Made by a program: the position numbers and the translations under genes. The notes under the pieces are model-generated. The model saw only the letters and a program-made list of their open reading frames with translations, made no database searches and was not told the DNA's origin. This document shows positions 1 through 9,005 of a DNA stretch of 64,000 nucleotides, one piece after another. Origin of the DNA: an uncultured delta proteobacterium (lineage in GTDB: Bacteria; Desulfobacterota; Desulfobacteria; Desulfobacterales; B30-G6); the NCBI GenBank assembly GCA_963823335.1, contig CAWGLD010000007.1, positions 224,001 through 288,000 on the forward strand, given 5' to 3'. Numbering within the stretch: position 1 is the stretch's first letter; each line of letters opens with the position of its first letter.

Positions 1-204
1 ATGGCTGTGAGTTTTTTAACAGGAGCCAAATCTTATACATCTGAGGCTAAAATCATTATTACGAGGTTTGAACTCGTTGAGGAGAAGGCTGAAGTTGATG
101 TCTGGCTTAAGGACAAATATTTTGAATCTCTTTTTATGAAAGGTAGCAGTCTGATTAAAGAAAATGGAAATTGGAAATGGTATGGAAATCAAGTTTCAAG
201 ATAA
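1..204 (+). CDS. 3' end of a hypothetical protein (probably truncated by the window edge)
   Basis: Open frame from base 1 to TAA at 204; co-oriented with the downstream cargo genes. Confidence 0.55.
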   Translation: MAVSFLTGAKSYTSEAKIIITRFELVEEKAEVDVWLKDKYFESLFMKGSSLIKENGNWKWYGNQVSR

Positions 205-343
205 CCAATCATCGTATATAGGAAAATGCAGACGGCTATTTGCAGATACTTGCTATATGCTAAACACCAGATGTAGTATGGAGTGATTTCACCAAAGTGT
301 GAAGATTACTGGTATAAATGTTGACCTTGTAGGGTGTTACTAT

Positions 344-500
344 CTCCAACAAAACATTAGATATCAGGCACTTGAAAAATTGCCGATGTGTGAAAATAAT
401 CACAACAGACGAAATCTTGCATTGATAGGCCCTACCGTGGTACCGTGGGTATAATCGAATAGTTCAGTAATTTGAGCAGACCGTTGATCCATGTATCACC
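344..500 (+). repeat. Cassette-delimiting repeat copy R1 (shorter, diverged in its 3' half)
   Basis: ctccaacaaaacattagatatcagg...gccgatgtgtgaaaataatcacaac...aatcttgcattg...tccatgtatcacc; matches R2-R7. Confidence 0.85.
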
Positions 501-669
501 ACCTTGTGTGAGCTTATGACATTGGCAAGCTTAACACTATCTCATTCCTCTGCTTAACCTTTCACACAAGTTATTGACAGTCCATCGAGTTGGAATCTTT
601 ACAATATCAAATTGTGGCATTATTCTTCCTATAGTTTCAGCGAAAACATTGAATGAGAGGAGAACCGAT

Positions 670-978
670 ATGGCAACAATATTATTTGTACGCATCAAAT
701 CCGATCTCGACCCTAAGGAGCTAGAACGTCGATTAATTGAACGCCGACCTCGATTTCATGAGGTGCCGGGACTGGTGCAGAAATTCTATGGACGAGACGA
801 ATCGACCGGTGATGTGTGCGGCATATATTTTTTTGAGGATCAAAATGCGCTCTCAGCTTTTCGCGAAACCGAGTTAGCAAAAACGATTCCGACTGCATAC
901 GAAGCAAAAGAAATTCGACGGGAAGTCTACGAAGTACTCTATCCCTTATATCCTGATCGCGGACCGATTGCAGAATAG
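670..978 (+). CDS. YdhR-like putative monooxygenase (dimeric alpha-beta barrel)
   Basis: ATG at 670 after gagagg; motif 'F.EVPGLVQKFY...GDVCGIYFFED..A...F' typical of the YdhR/ABM superfamily. Confidence 0.7.
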   Translation: MATILFVRIKSDLDPKELERRLIERRPRFHEVPGLVQKFYGRDESTGDVCGIYFFEDQNALSAFRETELAKTIPTAYEAKEIRREVYEVLYPLYPDRGPIAE

Positions 979-1035
979 ATTCTTGTTTGCACCCATATAG
1001 CACATGTTTTTCAGTCCTTTAAAATCTGGTGAAAC

Positions 1036-1201
1036 CTCCAACAAAACGTTAAATATCAACCCCTTAAAATATTACCGGTGTGCGGAAAAAAACAACAAAA
1101 TTTGCATTAATAATGGTCCCCATGCTACCGTGATGATGACCAAATGGTATCGTTAATAATTTGGTTGAGTTTGATAACTGGACATCTCTCCATACATCAC
1201 C
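1036..1201 (+). repeat. Cassette-delimiting repeat copy R2
   Basis: ctccaacaaaacgttaaatatcaacccctta...accggtgtgcg...atggtatcg...gataactggacatctctccatacatcacc; about 7 bp shorter internally. Confidence 0.9.
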
Positions 1202-1329
1202 GGTGGAGGCATTTCAGCATTACTTAGAAACTCTATTGCATTTTGAGCTCTATTGACGTTATAAAAAATAGGGTTATTTTACTTACAGTATTCTTTTTTT
1301 GGAAATAACTTAAACAAAAGGAGGATAAC

Positions 1330-1533
1330 ATGGACTTTGATCATGAGTACGCCAGCTACCTGGATGAAAAAGCTTTGTCTGAAATACAGTTATTGGAGAA
1401 AGAAACTGGCGCAATTATTTTAGCCTATCCAGAACGTCCTTTACATGCTGAACTGCCTAAAACACAATTGGACAAAATTCGATCGTTGGAAAAGAAACTT
1501 TGTGTTAGATTGGTTGCTTTCGAATCGCACTGA
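1330..1533 (+). CDS. small hypothetical protein (67 aa)
   Basis: Strong RBS ggagga before ATG; internal duplication 'L.EIQ.LEK..G..I.AY / L.KIRSLEK.L...LVAF'. Confidence 0.75.
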   Translation: MDFDHEYASYLDEKALSEIQLLEKETGAIILAYPERPLHAELPKTQLDKIRSLEKKLCVRLVAFESH

Positions 1534-1735
1534 AAATTACAGACTCCTCGAACATATGTTAGATCCATGAAGTTTAATGGTTCTTAGCATATCACAACCA
1601 TGGGTATTTTTAGCCCGCCTGCATTTTCAAGTTATCATGGGGAAAGTCGGCCAAGCCGATTTTCCCCTTTTTGCATTTTCGTTAGAAAATTGATATCTGT
1701 AATGGTGATTGTGGCCGGAAAGATTCCTGAATTTC

Positions 1736-1790
1736 ATGGTATCGCAGGATTTTTGAAGGACCTGAAACCGGCTATGTTCTCCATGTATCT
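1736..1790 (+). repeat. Degenerate 3' remnant of the cassette repeat
   Basis: atggtatcg (1736) ... ctccatgtatc (1779); spacing 43 versus 44 in intact copies. Confidence 0.55.
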
Positions 1791-1925
1791 TTATTGCTAA
1801 AATAATTAGTGTTTGTTACTATGACACTCAATTGTTCATGGTCATTGCAAGTCGTTACCAATTAGCCTTAATCATAGGTAACGCATTATTAACTTCTATA
1901 TATTATCTGCGAAGGAGGATGTTCT

Positions 1926-2606
1926 ATGCGAAATGGATTCCCGAAACACCTGAAGATGGTTACGGTATTATTTTGCGTTGGTTTGCTTTTGGCTTTTGTC
2001 CTTAGTTGCAGTGGTGGTAGCGGTGGTGGTGGTGGCGGTGGTGATGATGACGATCAGTCTCTTACAGTCACCGGCAAATCCGGGAATCTTGTTAACTTGG
2101 ATGGTACTTGGGAATCAGAATGTGTAGCCGATATAGCGGATGGTGAGTCAGAAATGTGGGTTATGACTATTTCAGGTTCTACATTTTCACGGAATGATAG
2201 CAATTGGTTTGACTCAACGGACTGTTCTGGAGCATTCGACGTTACAGTGACTATAAGCGGGACAGTCGTTTTGGGGGATGAGCTTACAGTTTCAATGAAC
2301 GGCTCAAATGTTACCGCCACAGAAAATGATATCACACTAAGCTCATATGAAGCCACAATTAATAATCCAGATTTAGTTGCAGGTATAAATGCAGACGAGG
2401 AATGTGGCTTTGATGACTGGGTGGTAGACACTCCCAAGGATCTTCTCGGAACATCTTGTGCGCCTGATTCAGACATAAAGGACGTAGTATATGTCGATGA
2501 CACAGTTGATCCTAACGTTTGGAATAGCGGAGATGGTGAAGGACCAAATGATGTAAATGGCTATCCAGCTGAGATTGATCCAGATACTGCAATGGAGCGA
2601 ATGTAG
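1926..2606 (+). CDS. acidic putative lipoprotein with Gly/Asp low-complexity linker
   Basis: RBS ggagga; signal peptide with lipobox VLS-C followed by poly-Gly and DDDD; very Asp-rich mature domain. Confidence 0.8.
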   Translation: MRNGFPKHLKMVTVLFCVGLLLAFVLSCSGGSGGGGGGGDDDDQSLTVTGKSGNLVNLDGTWESECVADIADGESEMWVMTISGSTFSRNDSNWFDSTDCSGAFDVTVTISGTVVLGDELTVSMNGSNVTATENDITLSSYEATINNPDLVAGINADEECGFDDWVVDTPKDLLGTSCAPDSDIKDVVYVDDTVDPNVWNSGDGEGPNDVNGYPAEIDPDTAMERM

Positions 2607-2638
2607 ATTACTGTGTGGCAGGATGACAATGTGTAATC

Positions 2639-2678
2639 AAATAGTAGCAGCAGGCTTGAACTCCTGCTGCTACTATTT
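2639..2678 (+). terminator. intrinsic terminator-like hairpin
   Basis: Perfect 16-bp inverted repeat aaatagtagcagcagg / cctgctgctactattt just after the 2606 stop. Confidence 0.75.
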
Positions 2679-2824
2679 CAGCAGAGAATCATCAGAATAA
2701 AGATTCTATTTGGTTTGATATATGAGTTAGGGATGTGTGTTTCCATCCATTAAACAGGCGCAGCTGAAGGAGTGATATATCATGGCTCTATTCACTTTTA
2801 TGCTCCTTGTAAAATTGCAGATTT

Positions 2825-2997
2825 CTCCAACAAAACGGTAGATATCAGACCCCTAAAATATTACCGGTGTGCGATTATAATCACAATCGGCCGTTTCTTA
2901 CATTGATGGGTGTTTCCGGTGCACGATTGACATAATTAGATGGTATCGGTAAAATTATTTGATATTCCAAAATGTCAGGTTATCTCCATGTATCGGT
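2825..2997 (+). repeat. Cassette-delimiting repeat copy R3
   Basis: ctccaacaaaacggtagatatcagacccctaaaatattaccggtgtgcg...atggtatcgg...tctccatgtatcgg. Confidence 0.9.
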
Positions 2998-3057
2998 ACT
3001 TGGCTGATATTTGGTTTTCAGACAAGATACCACATGCTTTTCACTTCCAAAAATGAT

Positions 3058-3086
3058 TTGACAATATCAAATAATTGCAGCATAGT
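3058..3086 (+). promoter_or_regulatory. sigma70-like promoter
   Basis: TTGACA-17 bp-CATAGT upstream of the 3309 gene. Confidence 0.45.
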
Positions 3087-3308
3087 TTTTTAAACATACT
3101 TAAAGTTCAGTTGAAACTGGATTAATTTTGTCTTAAATCTACAATTCCTATCGCATCTCTATCTACTGACCTCAATCACAACATCGAGTTGATCTGCAAT
3201 CTGTTCTTCTTTCATTCCTGATCATTTGATTTTCATTACTTTGTGGTGTTGAAAATTCCTTTGGAATTTTCTTTATTGTCAAACAACAAACATTAAAGGA
3301 GTGAAAAA

Positions 3309-3785
3309 ATGAAAGTTTACTCAAGAGTTTTATTCTCTCGAAAATTTATTGTGGTTGTTAGTTTCCTTTTACTTTTTGGTATTTTTATTATGCCTGCCAT
3401 GGCATCTGACCGCTTTGTTAACAATGGCGATGGTACTGTTACAGACACAAAGACTGGACTGATGTGGTCAGCAGCAGACAATGGGAATCACATAAACTGG
3501 AAGGATGCCTGTTCTTATTGTCAAAGTTGCAGTGTTGGCGGCCACACAGACTGGCGAATGCCAACATTGGCAGAACTAAAAAGTCTTTATGCTCCTGTAA
3601 TAACGAACGAATATGGTTACCATATTACTACATTTATAGGTACTACTGCCGAAAGTTGTTGGGCTTCAGAGACTCGTGGCGAGGAAGCTGCCCGTTTTAA
3701 TTTCAGGTATGGGCAAGAGTATTGGCTGCGACAATTTCACTCAGGCTCAGGTAGGGCCTTACCTGTGCGGAATGTTAATTATTAA
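3309..3785 (+). CDS. secreted DUF1566 (Lcl C-terminal domain) protein
   Basis: Signal peptide (AMA-S); 'RFVNNGDGTVTDTKTGLMW', 'W..A..YC', 'GHTDWRMPTLAELKSL' are diagnostic. Confidence 0.9.
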   Translation: MKVYSRVLFSRKFIVVVSFLLLFGIFIMPAMASDRFVNNGDGTVTDTKTGLMWSAADNGNHINWKDACSYCQSCSVGGHTDWRMPTLAELKSLYAPVITNEYGYHITTFIGTTAESCWASETRGEEAARFNFRYGQEYWLRQFHSGSGRALPVRNVNY

Positions 3786-3925
3786 ACCGGATCCTAACAT
3801 TCGGAGATATACAAGTTGTCAGTTGCAGACCGCTCCACGGGGCTGTAACTGTTTTTGATGACACATCACAATTGAATTAGCAGTGAACTTTTAATTTAAA
3901 GAAAAACAGACTTTATGTCGTACAG

Positions 3926-4098
3926 CTCCAACAAAAACAAAGATATCAGACCCCCGAAAAATTGCCGGTGTGCGAAAATAATCACAACAGGTCAAATCTT
4001 GCATTCATGGAGCCTGCCATGCTACCGTGGACATTACCATATGGTATCGGTAAAATTTGCATCGGGCTTGATAACTGGACTTCTCTCCATGTATCACC
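3926..4098 (+). repeat. Cassette-delimiting repeat copy R4
   Basis: ctccaacaaaaacaaagatatcagacccc...gccggtgtgcgaaaataatcacaac...atggtatcgg...gataactggacttctctccatgtatcacc. Confidence 0.92.
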
Positions 4099-4417
4099 AG
4101 TTGACCTATTATTTGACATGCGATTTAGATCTCGTTATATATATTCATCCATATACCGCTACCGCAGAGTCTTACCTGTCATTAACCTGATGACAGGGCT
4201 GATGTGATCCTGATCTTCTGAATTTTCGATCCTCTTGTCATTTTATCCATTATTATATCAACATGTGATCGATATGGAAATTTATCTGATCATAGGATGC
4301 CTGAAGTTTCTGATGTGATGCCTCTGGAGACGATATTATTTCGCTTTGGAGGCCAATTGGGTTGGCAATCATTCGGTCAAATTAGTGAATTTAGGATAAG
4401 AACAGAAGGGGGAAATA

Positions 4418-4765
4418 ATGGCTGACAGCGCTCTATTAATAGGTTGGAATCGCAGTTTTGCAGGTCGAGAACAGCAAGCTATGAAGCTTTTTATGAAAAC
4501 AACTGAATATTACAACCAATTGCAGGATGATGGAAAGATTGAAAACTTTGAACCGGTGTTACTTGAGGGCCACGGGGGTGATTTGAACGGATTTGTATTG
4601 ATAAGGGGAGATTCAGCTAAGTTGGATGAGATCAAAAGGGAGGAAACTTTCATTAGTTATTCGATAGAGGCAAATTTTTGTCTACAAAATTTCGGTATAA
4701 TAAAATGCGTAATTGGAGATGGCTTAACAGATGTATTGACACAATGGTCAAAGCATTTCAGTTGA
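4418..4765 (+). CDS. hypothetical protein (115 aa)
   Basis: RBS aagggg; compact soluble protein 'LLIGW...GRE..A...F...FEPVLL..HGGDLNGF.LIRG'. Confidence 0.8.
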   Translation: MADSALLIGWNRSFAGREQQAMKLFMKTTEYYNQLQDDGKIENFEPVLLEGHGGDLNGFVLIRGDSAKLDEIKREETFISYSIEANFCLQNFGIIKCVIGDGLTDVLTQWSKHFS

Positions 4766-4891
4766 TCAATGAAAGGCATTATCTGTTCGAACAGGCTGGA
4801 GGTCTGAAATGACCTCTGGCCACTGTTCTTTCCAACATCATTTCTGCATCATCTTTATTGAACCAAAAACCCACTGGAAGGTGATCTCAAC

Positions 4892-5020
4892 ATGTCCAAC
4901 AGTGATAGCGAAAAGGTCACACGCAAGCTCTGCTCCATTCTTTCTGCCGATGTTAAGGGGTATAGCCTCCTCATGGCAGATGATGAGGTGCATAGCCGTG
5001 GATATCCAACAAAACGTTAG
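4892..5020 (+). pseudogene. 5' fragment of a class III adenylate/guanylate cyclase truncated at repeat R5
   Basis: Translates MSNSDSEKVTRKLCSILSADVKGYSLLMADDEV, the classic cyclase N-terminus (RKL.AIL.ADV.GYS.LM..DE), then runs into R5 and stops at TAG 5018-5020. Confidence 0.8.
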
Positions 5021-5176
5021 ATATCAGGCACCCTAAAATTTACCGGTGTGCGAAAATTATCACAACAGACGGAATCTTGCATTGTTAAGCCCTACCGTGA
5101 TACCTTCGCGATGACCAGATGGTATCGGTAATTTTATCTGAAAAATTGATAACTGGACTTCTCTCCATGTATCTGT
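5004..5176 (+). repeat. Cassette-delimiting repeat copy R5
   Basis: atccaacaaaacgttagatatcagg...accggtgtgcgaaaattatcacaac...atggtatcgg...gataactggacttctctccatgtatc. Confidence 0.92.
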
Positions 5177-5398
5177 ATTGTGACGAGCTTTGGTTTTACG
5201 ATAATGCGCATCACTGTTTTGATTGTTCTGGAATACCATCTGAAATGGAAGGATAATTTGGGACTATTGATTGCAATGAGAAGGCAGCAAAATCTGCATG
5301 GGGTGATGTGACATATTTCTAAATTAAGTAGCAGTAAACGCCTTGGAAATTCACCATCAAACGCACAGAATATTCTGAGTCACAGCAGGTATCTTTAT

Positions 5399-5974
5399 AT
5401 GATAGATAAAATACCTAACTTATTGAGTGGATTTCGCCTTGTTGCGGCGCCCTTTATGCTTTACCTATCTTGGATAGGTTTACGAAAAACTTTCCTTGCT
5501 TTACTTGTGCTTAGTTTGTTGTCGGATGCAATTGATGGTTTTATTGCGAGAAGACTATACGTTAGTTCTGATATAGGTGCTAAATTAGACAGTTGGGGAG
5601 ATTTGGCAACTTATCTCACAGTGCCGATTTGCATTTGGTGGCTATGGCCAGAGATAGTGAAACGAGAGGCGCCCTTTGTAATAATAATACTCGGAGCATA
5701 TATTGTACCTTTAATAGCTGGTTTCGCAAAGTTTCGAAAACTACCAAGCTATCACACGTGGGGGGCTAAGATAGCTGCAGTTTTGATGGGCATTGCTGTT
5801 TTTGCTCTGCTAATGATAGATATTTCATTGCCTTTCAGATGTGCCGCTTTAGTCCAAGCTTTAGTAGCATGTGAGGAGGTGGCTATTACTTTACAACTGA
5901 AGGAGTTGAAGAGCAACGTTAAATCTATTTGGCACGTTAAACAAATTATTAGCAAAAACCAAAGAGATACATAG
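5399..5974 (+). CDS. CDP-alcohol phosphatidyltransferase family protein
   Basis: 'IPNLLS.FR', 'SDAIDGFIARR....SDIGAKLDSWGD' (D-x2-D-G-x2-A-R...G-x2-LD-x3-D motif). Confidence 0.92.
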   Translation: MIDKIPNLLSGFRLVAAPFMLYLSWIGLRKTFLALLVLSLLSDAIDGFIARRLYVSSDIGAKLDSWGDLATYLTVPICIWWLWPEIVKREAPFVIIILGAYIVPLIAGFAKFRKLPSYHTWGAKIAAVLMGIAVFALLMIDISLPFRCAALVQALVACEEVAITLQLKELKSNVKSIWHVKQIISKNQRDT

Positions 5975-6025
5975 CTCTTAAAAGTTCTTCATAATATTCC
6001 AATTTATGATATCTGGAATTTGGTT

Positions 6026-6056
6026 CAACTGGTAATATTCTCCATCTTTCTGTATT
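6026..6056 (+). repeat. Short degenerate 3' remnant of the cassette repeat
   Basis: caactggtaatattctccatctttctgtatt resembles the R5 end taactggacttctctccatgtatctgtatt. Confidence 0.4.
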
Positions 6057-6152
6057 TCGATGATACTTGGATTATTGACCATATCTCCAAACAGCATTGT
6101 TGGAACAGCAAATAGAGATTAAGAATAAGTAATTTTGTCGAGGGGAAAAACA

Positions 6153-6957
6153 ATGGGTATATTTCAAGATAAGGTAATCATCGTAACTGGAGCGTCCGAA
6201 GGGATAGGACGTTCTTTATGTTTAGCACTTTCTTCTCAGAAACCTAAACTTGTAATGGCCGCGAGAAATAAAGACCGACTTATGCAATTACAGGAGGAGG
6301 TAGAATCTAAAGGGTCAACATCAGTTGTTGTGCCAACTGACGTGAGCGAAGAGAAGGATTGTAAAGATCTTATTGAAAAAACCATTTCAGAATTTGGTCG
6401 TTTAGATGTTCTTGTCAACAATGCTGGCAGAACCATGTGGACAACGCTCGAAGATATGGCAGAACCATCTATTATTGAACAACTTATGCGCATCAATTAT
6501 TTTAGGCGCTGCCTATTGTACATATTATGCACTATCCCACCTGAAAAAAAGTAAAGGACTAATTGTGGGAATTTCAAGTCTTGCCGGTTTGAACGGTGTG
6601 CCAACCCGAACAGCTTATTCAGCGACCAAACATGCCATGTTTGGTTTTTTTGATTCGCTCAGAATTGAATTGATGGGAACCGGCGTTACAGTGACGATGA
6701 TAGCTCCGGATTTCGTTCTCAGTGAAATTCATCGACGTGCATTTGGCAAAGACGGAAAACCGCTTGGATCAAGCCCGTTGCAGGAAGACAAAGTTATGAC
6801 TGCAAATGAATGTGCATCCAGAATTATAAAGGCTATGGAAGACCGGGATCGCCTGGCAATTCTATCATTTAGAGGAAAACTTGGTCGGTGGATGAAGCTT
6901 ATCGCGCCGGGATTTATTGACCAGATAGCTTCAAAAGCAATTCGCGATGCCAAATAG
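6153..6957 (+). pseudogene. short-chain dehydrogenase/reductase (SDR) with a +1 frameshift
   Basis: TGASEGIG and NNAG in one frame, YSATK in another; removing one T from the T run at 6500-6503 restores ...INY-LGA...; could be a sequencing error. Confidence 0.85.
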
Positions 6958-6994
6958 TTGCATGTAGGCAATCTGGCACAAAACCTGGGCACTA

Positions 6995-7157
6995 CTCCTA
7001 TAAAACGGTAGATATCAGACCCCTAAAAATTTACCGGTGTGCGAAAATAATCACAATAGACCAAATCCTGCATTGATAGGGTCTCCCATGTTACGCTGGG
7101 CATGACCAGATGGTATCGGCAATATTTTCAAATTATCGGATAGTTGGACTTGTCTCC
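6995..7157 (+). repeat. Cassette-delimiting repeat copy R6 (interrupted by an IS; remainder at 8938-8950)
   Basis: ctcctataaaacggtagatatcagacccctaaaaatttaccggtgtgcg...ggacttgtctcc|IS|tccattaatcacc. Confidence 0.9.
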
Positions 7158-8937
7158 GAGACTGTCGAAAAAGATCCTCCTATCTAACCTTAAAAGATGT
7201 ATAATTATCTCTATAAACCGTTGACATATCCTACCGTTATGCTAGTCATTGTTTAGGTAAATGAGCAAATGACAATGGCCAAACATACAGGAATTAGGCA
7301 TGGCAAAGTATAAGCACTACGACTACTCTCAAAGTTTATTGATACCTGTTTCCCTCCAAAAACAATTGATGCCAGGGACGTTAGAGTTCGCCATCCACAC
7401 CCTTGTGGAACGGCGGATGGATATGTCCGTATTTGATACGAGGTATCAAAACGACGATACCGGCCGCAGTGCCTATAATCCTAAGATACTACTGAAAGTT
7501 GTCTTGCTTGCTTATTCACGTGGGTTGATATCATCACGCCAAATCGAACGAGCATGTTGTGAGAATGTGACTTTTATGGCGATGTCATGCAACCAACGTC
7601 CTGATCACAGCACCATTGCTTCATTCGTTTCTTCTATGGAAGATCAAATTCAACCTCTGTTCAGCGATATTCTTTTAGTATGCGAGCAAGAGAATCTTTT
7701 AGGCGGAACCTTCTTTGCCATTGATGGCTGCAAGCTATCGTCCAATGCATCCCAAGAATGTAGTGGGAAAATAGATGATTTGAAGAAAAAGAAAGAAAAG
7801 CTTGAACATAAGATTAAGTCATTGGTTCGAGATCATCTTGAAAAAGACCAATCAGACGATAGGGCCAAGACACAGATGGCTGCAAATCATGACAAACAAA
7901 CTGAGAGACTTAAGCGGCAGGCTGAAAAGATTGAGCAATGGCTTTCGGAAAACGACAAAAAAATTGGCGCCTATGGAAAAGAACTTCACAGCAATGTAAC
8001 TGACAACGATTCTGTTAAAATGCATACCTCACACGGAACCGTTCAGGGTTATAACTGTCAGGCGTTAGTCGATTCCAAGCACCAGGTAATTGTTCATGGC
8101 CAGGCAATAGGGAAAGGGCTTGATCATGAAAATCTGCCGCCGGTGATTGATGGTGCCAAAGAAAATATTCAAAGCATCGGCAAGCCAGAGGACTATTTCG
8201 AAGATAAGGTATTAACAGCTGATGCAAGCTACCACAGCATAACGAATATCAATAAATGCAATGACGAAAAGGTAGATGCTTATATTCCAGACAACAAATT
8301 CCGTAATCGAGATGAGAGGTTCTCAAGTCGGATAAACAATCAGTCAAATTCTAAAAAGTTTACATTTGCAGATTTTAAATATGACTGCAAACAGGATCAC
8401 TATGTTTGCCCAAATGGTAAACGGCTTAAGAGAAATGGGAAACCTGGTTTACACAGGGGCAAACTTTTAAAAAGATATATTTCTCGGGAGATAGATTGTA
8501 GGTCCTGTCGACTCAGGGCTAAGTGTCTTAGGTATGAAGATGCAAAACAGCGACATTTTACGTACTATGTGGATGCATCTGGCAAGAATATATCCCATGA
8601 AATGATCAAGAAGATTGAATCTGAAAAAGGTCGTAAAATCTATCCGCGAAGAATTGCCATCGTTGAACCAGTATTTGGAAACATCCGCATCCAAAAACGA
8701 ATGGACAGGCTTAACTTAAGGGGAAAGATAAAGGTAAATATTCAGTGGTTGCTGTACTGCATGGTACACAATATAGAGAAAGTGGCTAATTACGGGCATG
8801 CATAGGCTGTACAGACCAAATAAGTAGGCTGAATCTGTAAAATATGATAGCATCTTGAAGTAAAAAAGATGGATCTATTGAAATCGAGAATGTCGAGCGA
8901 TGAGCCGGTTCGCCGAAATGCCTTTTTCGACAGTCTC
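7158..8937 (+). mobile_element. IS1182-family insertion sequence
   Basis: Perfect 16-bp terminal inverted repeats GAGACTGTCGAAAAAG (7158-7173, 8922-8937); flanking TCC duplication; encodes a transposase. Confidence 0.92.
7300..8805 (+). CDS. IS1182-family DDE transposase
   Basis: 'GRSAYNPKILLKVVLLAYSRG..SSRQIERAC', 'PDHSTIA', 'AIDG.K', 'GYN.Q', 'ADA.Y', 'R...VEPVFGNI...R...RG..KV...W'. Confidence 0.93.
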   Translation: MAKYKHYDYSQSLLIPVSLQKQLMPGTLEFAIHTLVERRMDMSVFDTRYQNDDTGRSAYNPKILLKVVLLAYSRGLISSRQIERACCENVTFMAMSCNQRPDHSTIASFVSSMEDQIQPLFSDILLVCEQENLLGGTFFAIDGCKLSSNASQECSGKIDDLKKKKEKLEHKIKSLVRDHLEKDQSDDRAKTQMAANHDKQTERLKRQAEKIEQWLSENDKKIGAYGKELHSNVTDNDSVKMHTSHGTVQGYNCQALVDSKHQVIVHGQAIGKGLDHENLPPVIDGAKENIQSIGKPEDYFEDKVLTADASYHSITNINKCNDEKVDAYIPDNKFRNRDERFSSRINNQSNSKKFTFADFKYDCKQDHYVCPNGKRLKRNGKPGLHRGKLLKRYISREIDCRSCRLRAKCLRYEDAKQRHFTYYVDASGKNISHEMIKKIESEKGRKIYPRRIAIVEPVFGNIRIQKRMDRLNLRGKIKVNIQWLLYCMVHNIEKVANYGHA

Positions 8938-9005
8938 TCCATTAATCACCAGTTTCAGATTCAAGATTAATTAGCGTCTTCAGTTTCGCCAAATTTCCAC
9001 AACCC

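Noticed and set aside
264-279. NrdR-box-like motifs (264, 11584, intron target, 21422); two lie about 80 bp before a repeat
   Set aside because: Degenerate single matches, absent before the other five repeats, with no ribonucleotide reductase genes nearby.
1600-1800. 66-aa ORF between cargo genes
   Set aside because: No RBS or motifs, and it overlaps a degenerate repeat remnant.
3988-4005. Sigma54 promoter at the conserved TTGCA in the repeat
   Set aside because: The -24 GG is not conserved, and the spacing is wrong (9 bp rather than 10).
3915-4207. ORFs overlapping repeats (3915-4190, 3962-4207, 11699-11920) and a - strand peptide 'WREVQLS...LPIPSGH...NARF.LL'
   Set aside because: The frames contain stops in several copies and have no consistent start or RBS. 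A few synonymous-looking changes (R4 versus R6) leave a coding ancestry possible but unsupported.
5004-5176. Repeats as canonical attC sites (R5 begins ATCCAAC = RYYYAAC)
   Set aside because: No conserved complementary GTTRRRY end or long hairpin is visible, and most copies begin CTCCAAC. Not formally excluded without a covariance-model search.
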